Of a stretch of 16,976 bases of DNA, positions 9,224 through 16,976 are shown piece by piece. The notes under the pieces are model-generated. The model did no database searches. It was not told where the DNA came from and worked only from the letters and a program-made list of their open reading frames with translations. Position 1 is the stretch's first letter, and each line of letters opens with the position of its first letter. Origin of the DNA: Octopus sinensis (taxonomy: Eukaryota); contig NW_021824945.1 in NCBI RefSeq assembly GCF_006345805.1, positions 1-16,976 of the forward strand, in the 5' to 3' direction. Position numbers and translations under genes: made by a program.

Positions 9224-9612
9224 GGCGCAGGAGTGGCTGTGTGGTAAGTAGCTTGCTAACCAACCACATGGTTCCGGGTTCAGTCCCACTGCGTGGCATC
9301 TTGGGCAAGTGTCTTCTGCTATAGCCCCGGGCCGACCAATGCATTGTGAGTGGATTTGGTAGACGGAAACTGAAAGAAGCCTGTCGTATATATGTATATA
9401 TATGTATGTGTGTGTGTCTGTGTTTGTCCCCCTAGCATTGCTTGACAACCGATGCTGGTGTGTTTACGTTCCCGTCACTTAGCGGTTCGGCAAAAGAGAC
9501 CGATAGAATAAGTACTGGGCTTACAAAGAATAAGTCCCGGGGTCGATTTTGCTCGACTAAAGGCGGTGCTCCAGCATGGCCGCAGTCAAATGACTGAAAC
9601 AAGTAAAAGAGA
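9224..9612 (+). mobile_element. tRNA-derived CORE-like SINE, family B, full length
   Basis: A box TGGCTGTGTGG, B box GGTTCAGTCCC, CORE-like TCTTGGGCAAGTGTCTT, internal (TA)/(TG) tract, structured tail; homologous to 14131-14513 and 14605-14767. Confidence 0.9.
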
Positions 9613-9754
9613 AAGAGAAAGAGATATATACAGAGAGAGAGAGAGAGGTGGGGTGACATCTGGAAAATATTTCCAAGCAACGAGGGTATACAATGAACTC
9701 TGAACTGTATTCAGTGGTATATACTTTTTTATATAGACTTACTGAAAAGACACG

Positions 9755-10030
9755 CATATATATATATACAAACACACATACATATATGTATATATATATA
9801 TACATATATTCATATATATATATATGTATATATGTTTGTAAATAAATATATATAGCTGTATGTATTATACATATTACACACTCGCGCACACACACATGCA
9901 CAGACATACACATACATACAAACATACATACATACATACTACACATACATACATACATACATACATACATACATACATACATACATGCATACATACATGC
10001 ACACATACATAAATACATACTATATATACA
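9755..10030. repeat. (TA)/(CA)/(CATA)n microsatellites
   Basis: Direct reading. Confidence 0.93.
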
Positions 10031-10129
10031 TTCGTGTCCAAAGAAAGGGTATCGGCAAGTATATTATGTCAAAACAAAATGTCAAAATATTTAGTTATAT
10101 CTAAACTATCGTATGTAATTCTAGGGAAC

Positions 10130-10345
10130 AGCTGTTGTCGTTGTCGCCGTCGTCATCGTTGTCGAGATTATTGTTGTTGGCTGTTGTCTTGATAGCATTG
10201 CCCTTGTTGATGTTGTGGTGGTATCAAAAATTGTGGCGGTGGTAGTATAGCAACAGAATTGGATGATATTAACGGTGTTGTTGTGGTACTGATTAGGGAT
10301 AGTGATGTTGGCGATGGTAGTGATGGTACCTGTAGTTTCGTTAAT
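10130..10345. repeat. Highly decayed (GTT)/(GGT)/(GAT) trinucleotide tract
   Basis: 3-nt periodic low-complexity sequence. Confidence 0.6.
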
Positions 10346-10470
10346 AATGTTTGAAAAATGTTGGCTCATATTTAAAAAATTAACGAGGCTTCGAGAAACA
10401 GTAGACACTGCGTCCAAATAAACAAAAGATGGTCAATTTTTCGATCACTATAGTTGCTTGTCGACATCGG

Positions 10471-10472
<2 letters not shown>

Positions 10473-10512
<40 letters not shown>

Positions 10513-10540
10513 TATCTATCTATCTTATATTTATAAATAT
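10473..10540. repeat. (TG)n with short (TATC)/(TA) repeats
   Basis: Direct reading. Confidence 0.95.
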
Positions 10541-11820
10541 ATATAAAGTGTGCGTAAGGTATTTGAGGACATACATTTTGGGGAATATTGCTACATTTTT
10601 TTGCTAACTCTGTATAATCTTTGTTTCAGAAAATAATAATGGCAGACCTTCAGCTTACTCAAGAAATGAAGTGGCATGTTGTTATTGTGGTTATAAAGGC
10701 TGAACATAACGATTTAGAAATATCACGACTTTTAAAAGTTGCTAGTTCTTTCGTCTACAAAGTTTGTAAGGAGCTAGAGACTGAAGATGGAAATGTATTA
10801 CCAATATCAAAGCATGAAAAGCATTATAAACGCTCTGAAATCATCGGAACACTTGAATTTATCCAACATGTTCAATAGACCATTGATTACATTTCCAGAA
10901 AGTCCATGCGGTTAACTACAAAATATCTCCATATATCAGAAAGAACAGTCAGAAATGTTGTCCATGAAGACATCAGAAAGAACATTCAGAAATGTCCATA
11001 AAGACATCTTATATGATGAGGAAAGGTCAATTTGTCAGACAAAGCAAAATAAAATCACTACATCAGATCTAAAAGGCTCTTAAACAAACTAAAAAATCTA
11101 GCAGAAGAAGATTTGATTTAGTTATTCTCAAACGAGAAAAAATTCGACCAAAATCAAAAATTTAACAGAAGAAATGACAGATGGCTACGTGCAGGCCCTT
11201 CTGAAGTTCCAAGTGTTATGCATACAAAATATCCAGCAACTGTCATGGTTTTAGGGATTGTCAGCAATGAAGAACATGTGAAGCCACCTTACTTCTTTCC
11301 ACAAGGCTTTAGAGTTAACTCTGCTGCCTATGCCGAGGTCCTGGAAATAATTGTTAATCCCTGGATAGACAGTGTATGCAATGGAAAGCCATATATGTTT
11401 TTATAAGATTCTGCACTATCACACATGGATTTAGCAACACAGGAATGAATGGCTGAAAATGTTCATGATCACATAACCCCTAACATTTGGCATCCTAATT
11501 CCCCAGATCTCAATCCATTGGACTATTACATGCGGAGCGTTGTTGAGAGAGAGAGGCCAATGAACACGGCCGTAACACCTAATATTCTTTGAAAGCTGCC
11601 ATAGCCAGAATAATGTTCAAAATGAACCAAGACCACTTGATTCGAGCATGTAGATGATATAGATAACATATCGAAACAGTTGTTGATGCTGAAGGTAGCT
11701 TTATGGAATAACATTATAGAAAGGATGGTTTACTTTTATACACATAGCATTTTTTAATAAATAAAGTTATTATCTGTTATTACATATCTATTTCATATAA
11801 ACATAAATCTGTCCTCATAT
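10541..11820 (+). mobile_element. Tc1/mariner superfamily DNA transposon, DD37D (maT-type), decayed
   Basis: Contains the transposase pseudogene; residual inverted ends TGAGGACA (10564-10571) and TGTCCTCA (11810-11817) next to TA runs. Exact ends uncertain. Confidence 0.8.
10639..11711 (+). pseudogene. DD37D transposase pseudogene
   Basis: HTH-like N-terminus (EISRLLKVASSFVYKV; KSMR...ISERTVRNVVHEDI), FSNEK (first catalytic D mutated to N, 11131), VMVLG, DSALSH (D at 11407), WHPNSPDLNPLDY (D at 11521); 37 residues between the last two D. Several stops and frameshifts. Confidence 0.92.
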
Positions 11821-12162
11821 ATATATATTAATAAATTCCCTGCTAGTTATTCTGAGCCGTGTTTGTATTGTCATAATTATTATTTTTTAACCCTTTCTTT
11901 TCAAATCAATTTTGATTTTTGAGGAACTGAATGAAGATTTTTGTTTCGTATTTTCTCTGAACTTGCTCCATATTGTGTTGGCGTTTATGTACGTTCTCGT
12001 CTTAAGACTCTTCGATGGTGTGCCTATGATCCGTGGCGTCAGTAGTGTTACTAAAAGCAATAACTCTTGACACCACCCTTCCACCATGGCCCTCTTCTCT
12101 TCCCAAGCCACACAGAACAATAGTATTACTTTCTCTCATGTTACACGGAAATCCTAATTCAC

Positions 12163-12167
12163 ATATA

Positions 12168-12214
<47 letters not shown>

Positions 12215-12218
12215 ATAT
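12163..12218. repeat. (TA)n microsatellite
   Basis: Direct reading. Confidence 0.95.
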
Positions 12219-12559
12219 CACCGAATTCAATGGCAGCAGCAGTGACATAATCTACAACAAAAATTAAAATTAAAATTGTGCGTTCACATTACAACCTCAA
12301 AACACGCAGTCAAAATAATATTCCATATAATTGGTTTTCTGTGCTTAAAGTCAATATTCAGTCAAGAAGATACTCGAATTCGAAGTAAGAGCGCTTCGGG
12401 GTGACATCAAATTTATGCTGATTTGTTGTTTCATGAGATACATTAAGAATATACAAATACTTTATCGACTGTCATTTTGGTGTCATCCTCATCAAGTGTC
12501 AACCGTTACAGTCCACACACGCAAAGTGGCACTGCCGTTGTCGTCACGTATAATTTTTC

Positions 12560-12960
12560 TTTTTTTTGCAGTGCATTGGTAACACCACCATGAAAGATTT
12601 CTGGATTAAGCACAAGTCCTCTCTTCGGATCAAGCGTGATTTCTCCCATCGGATGAAACCATAGCGTTATTTCGTTGTTACTTTTCCATAGTCATTTCTT
12701 TTCCAGGACATTGGGGTAGTTTATTATTGCCTTTCCCGGCTGGATGGCCGTTGGCCCACAAGGAGTTCATCTGACCTTCATATGCCATGCTGTTAGTCCT
12801 GTAAGATGTCCAGATGCCTTTCTCAGAAAACTGGCAATCTACTCAAGCGGGAGAGTCGGTTTAGTCGCCGATCACCTAACCATCAAACAAGGAGTACTGG
12901 TTTACATGGTACCAGTAGCAGGTCACATCAGTCTACGGTGAGATCTCTGACCTGACTATA
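12560..12960 (-). mobile_element. Possible 5' UTR and ORF start of an RTE/RTEX-type LINE
   Basis: High-complexity island; minus strand has GGCGACTAAACCGACTCTCCC and broken frames MVSSDGRNHA / GLVLNPEIFHGGVT / HCKK that recall the sequence upstream of RTEX endonuclease domains. No diagnostic domain present. Confidence 0.35.
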
Positions 12961-12984
12961 AAATTGGCAGCAGGGTCCATAATA

Positions 12985-13197
12985 AAAGGGTACAGGGTAA
13001 AGATCCCACTTCTGTCATGAATGTTCATGGGATTGTACTTTGAAACTGCCTTCCAGTGCATAAGTCCGAGAAAGGTTGTTTATGGAAGACCATTAGTTGC
13101 CCATGCAAACCAGCCTCCCCTCCTCACGCCACTAAACGCCGATACAGCTTGGCATTAATGACGTCGCATGCCCTAACTACTGAGCCATGCACCTTCA
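12985..13197 (-). mobile_element. Degenerate, internally deleted tRNA-derived SINE
   Basis: Minus strand begins GAAGGTGCATGGCTCAGTAGTTAGGGCA (A-box-like), lacks a B box and ends in TTTACCCTGTACCCTTT short repeats. Confidence 0.55.
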
Positions 13198-13397
13198 ATA
13201 TTTTTTTTTTTTTGGCAGCGGGTAGTGATTCATTATATCATTACATATTTATTTCAGATCCTTGACTCTTCCTGAGAAAACGATCACACTATTCAAATCA
13301 TCATTGACCGCCATGGTCTTGCTAAAATGCTTTACAAGAGTATTTCCTTTCATTCATATATTTAATTGTTAATATATTTAGTTATAATCAAAATATT

Positions 13398-13794
13398 CTT
13401 TTCTACTCTAGGCACAAGGCCCAAAATTTTGGGGGAAGAGGCCAGTCGATTAGACCGAACCCAATACGCAACTGGTACTTAATTTATCGATCTCTATAAG
13501 ATGAAAGCACGGCCACGGTGGAATTTGAACTCAGAACGTAAAGACAAACGAAATATCTATTTCTTTACTACCCACAAGGGGCTAAACACAGAGAGGACAA
13601 ACAAGGACAGACAAACGGATTAAGTAGATTACATCGACCCCAGTGCGCAACTGGTACTTATTTAATCGACCTCAAAAGGGATGAAAGGCAAAGTCGACCT
13701 CGGCGGAATTTGAACTCAGAACGTAGCGGCAGACGAAATACTGCTAAGCATTTCGCCCGGCATGCTAACACGTTTCTGCCAGCTCACCGCCTTA
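13398..13794 (-). mobile_element. tRNA-derived SINE, family A, dimer with 16-bp TSD
   Basis: Full unit 13791-13557 plus headless unit 13556-13398; flanks TTATAATCAAAATATT (13382-13397) and TTATAATCAGAATATT (13795-13810). Confidence 0.92.
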
Positions 13795-14130
13795 TTATAA
13801 TCAGAATATTATTCTTCATATTTTTATATTAGGGAGATAGCTGGTTATTTTGATAGGTAAAGATAAACCTTTCAGCTCTTTCATGCATATGTTAAGTTAT
13901 TCTTAATATGTTTTGTGGTATAACAACTTTTGGAAGACTAAACAGATAGAAACATGCACACACGTACTTACCTATATACATACATGCATTATTTAAGTAC
14001 GTACGTCCATACATACAGAAGCATATATCTATATACATATGTGTGTCTGTCTGTCTGAGTGTGTGTGTGTGCGTGCGTGTGTGTATATCTGCATGTGTAC
14101 GTGAGTGTGTGTGCATGTAAGTGAGTCTGT

Positions 14131-14513
14131 GGTTGTGTGGTAAGAAGCTTGCTTCCCACCCACATGGGTTCAGGTTCAGTCCAACTCCGTGGCACCTCGA
14201 GCAAGTGTCTACTATTATGGCCTCGGGCTGACTTAAGCCTTGGGAGTGGATTTGGTAGACGGAAACTGAAAGAAGCCCGTCGTACATATGTATGTGTATA
14301 TATATGTGTGTGTGTGTGTGTGTTGTCCCCCCACCATTGCTTGATAACCGATGTTGATGTGTTTGTCCACGAATATGAGTGGTACGGCAAAAGGGACCGA
14401 TAGAATAAGTACTAGGCTTACAAAGAATAAGTCCTGGGGTGGATTTCTCCAACTAAATGTGGTGCTGCAGCATGACCGCAGTAAAATTACTAAACATGTA
14501 AAAGAGTAAAAGA
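14131..14513 (+). mobile_element. CORE-like SINE, family B, near full length, diverged
   Basis: Colinear with 9233-9612, including GTGGATTTGGTAGACGGAAACTGAAAGAAGCC and GACCGATAGAATAAGTACT. Confidence 0.9.
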
Positions 14514-14515
14514 GT

Positions 14516-14519
14516 GTAT

Positions 14520-14591
<72 letters not shown>

Positions 14592-14604
14592 CACACACAT
14601 ACAT
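14516..14604. repeat. (CA)n/(TA)n microsatellite
   Basis: Direct reading; positioned as the internal repeat of the adjacent minus-strand SINE. Confidence 0.95.
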
Positions 14605-14767
14605 ACGACGTGCTTCTTCCAGTTTCCATCTACCAAATCCACTCACAAGGCTTTGGTTGACCCGAGGTAATAGTAGAAGACACTTGCCCAAGGTGTCACG
14701 CAGTGGGACTGACCCGGAACCATGTGGTTGGTAAACATACTGCTTAGCATGCAGTCCCATCTGCGCC
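14605..14767 (-). mobile_element. CORE-like SINE, family B, 5' half
   Basis: Reverse complement GGCGCAGATGGGACTGC...GGTCAGTCCCACTGCGTGACACCTTGGGCAAGTGTCTTCT...GAAGAAGCACGTCGT matches 9224-9387. Confidence 0.9.
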
Positions 14768-14780
14768 TATATAGATAGAC

Positions 14781-14828
<48 letters not shown>

Positions 14829-14851
14829 TGATTGATTGATAAGTAGGTAGG

Positions 14852-14906
<55 letters not shown>

Positions 14907-15160
14907 GTAGGTAGATAGATAGATACATGCAAGTGAAGAATAATGGAAAGAGGGAGATATATATCAGAATATCTATATACACACATGTGTGTGTGTGTGT
15001 GTGTGTGTGTGTTTGTACACCTACACATATACTTGTTGGGATACAGACACACACACATATATATGCGTGGTTAGGTAGATACGTAATTAGGTAGATAAGG
15101 ATGGATGGATGGATGGATGGCAAGAGGGACGGACGGACGGACGGATAGATGGACGGCTGA
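14768..15160. repeat. (GATA)n, (TG)n, (GGAT)/(GGAC)n microsatellites
   Basis: Direct reading. Confidence 0.93.
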
Positions 15161-15524
15161 TTGTATGGATGTAAGCACACTTGTATGTAAGTATACGAGT
15201 AGAGGTAAACAGGTACGTAGGTAGATAATGACAGCGAGCAGAAAAGTCTGTCTTTGTTCACCTTCAAGAATACCGTTGACCATAAACAATGGCAAGCAAT
15301 GCTTACATATATGCTTAATATATTTCTGAAGTGTGGAAAGTGACATGGAGGTCATCGGTTCACTCCCCATTCTTTTCTAGCTTAGAACAGGAACCAGGTT
15401 GCCAAGGGTGTGTAATGGATCTTGTGACTTTACACAAAAACTGGCGAAGAGTCGCTTCTTTTCAGAAAACACACGCATACATACACTCAGAAATATGCCC
15501 TCACCAACACGCTCAAGATGTTAT

Positions 15525-16212
15525 TATATAAACACACACATTCGTATATGCATATATATGTGTGTGTATGTGTGTGTGTGTGTGTTTGTGTGTATGTTTG
15601 TGTGTGTGTATGTATATATGTATATATATATATGTATTGTGTATATATATATGTATGTATGTATGTATATGCATTTATAGCTGAATACACACACACATAC
15701 ACATATAGCTTGTACGCATACATATATGCATATTCCATACATATACACGTTATATACGTACATATACATGTGTATGTACGTGTGTGTGCGTGTATGTGCG
15801 TGTGTGTATATATACCTGTATATGTATATAGATATATGTATATATATATGTATATATATACATATATATATACATATATATATATACATACATACACACA
15901 CACACACACATATATATATATGTATATACTCACTCACAAATTCATATATGCGTGTGTGCGTGTAAATATATGTACGCATTCACGTATGTATATATGTGTG
16001 TTCATATGTGTATGCATGTGTCATGATATAAACTTATATATCTATGTTCGTCTGTTTTGTGTTCAATAAAAGATACACGACAATAAGTGAAAGTGCTGAT
16101 GAATATATATATATATATATACGTGTATGTATGTATGTATATATGTATGTATGTATGTATGTATTTATGTCATGCATGTATTATGTATGTATATATTATT
16201 ATATATGATAAG

Positions 16213-16258
<46 letters not shown>

Positions 16259-16350
16259 TAATATATATATATATATATAATATATATTATATATAACACA
16301 CAAAAACACACACACAACACTCATCATATATATATATATATAATGTATAT
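15525..16350. repeat. Mixed (TG)/(TA)/(CA)/(TATG) microsatellite field
   Basis: Direct reading. Confidence 0.93.
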
Positions 16351-16911
16351 GTGCGCAAGGAAATATTTACGTATTCAAACAAATAGACCTATAGCCATAT
16401 ACATTTATCCGCATGTGCGCGTCTGAAACGGATCGTGCGTGCGTGCATGTATACGTGTGAGTGCGCGCGTTTGTAGATATGAATGAGAAGGTATTTGAAC
16501 AAAAGACATTCGCCACTTGTAAAGAATGAATGGTTCGATATAAGTGTGCAAGGAAGAGGGCAGTAAGGAGATAGGTTCTGCGGTGTGAGTGGAGTCAAAA
16601 GCACAAAGAGTGAACACAATGACTTAAGGAACAAAGTTCAACAAGCGACAGGTATCATACTACCACCGTTTCAATAACATGGCCGCAAATTGCTGGTAGT
16701 TTTTGTAGCCATTGAAAGCATGTCAAAGGCTATGGATTATCTTGGAGTCTAACGCTTGTAGTGGTGGCGGCAGTGGTGGTGGTCGTGGTGGTGTTCGCCG
16801 TCGTCGTAGCTTTGGTGGTGCAGTTTGTGCAAAATGTAATAGAAGAAAAATATCGCACTACATGTAAGTACTTATACGTGTATGTGCACCCACATACTCA
16901 CGCACATACAA

Positions 16912-16976
16912 GCTCTCTCCCTCTCTCTTTCTCTCACTCCCTCGCTCACTTCCTCTCTTTCTCTCTCTCTCTCCTC
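16912..16976. repeat. CT-rich low-complexity tract
   Basis: Direct reading. Confidence 0.85.

Noticed and set aside
11887-11900. piggyBac-like end TTAACCCTTT
   Set aside because: No AAAGGGTTAA partner seen and no piggyBac transposase motifs.
13892-16296. Multiple 100-190 aa ORFs rich in Y/I/C/V/H/T
   Set aside because: Derived from SINE antisense strands and (TA)/(TG)/(GATA) repeats.

Overview
AT-rich, microsatellite-dense eukaryotic DNA with no intact protein-coding gene. The repeat content (tRNA-derived SINE families, Dong/R4, RTE and Tx1-like LINE relics) looks like an octopus/coleoid cephalopod genome; this is inference from recalled repeat families, not a search result. Nearly all ORF-track entries are translations of simple repeats. 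Real content: two convergent, fused Dong/R4-clade fragments (366-2505) with a G-rich tandem array at the 5' junction; a degenerate L1/Tx1-type ORF2 fragment (5790-6995) split by a concatemeric SINE with a 16-bp TSD; a minus-strand RTE 3' fragment (7630-8956) ending in three decayed C2H2 fingers and split by another SINE with a TSD; a near full-length dead DD37D (maT-type) Tc1/mariner element (10541-11820); several SINEs of at least three families. The most interesting observations are a modular SINE whose repeat junction always falls at the same hairpin, a mobile 3' tail module with a covarying stem-loop, the triple zinc finger RTE C-terminus, and a candidate host promoter/first exon at about 4470-4549. 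I found no strong evidence for a wholly new system.
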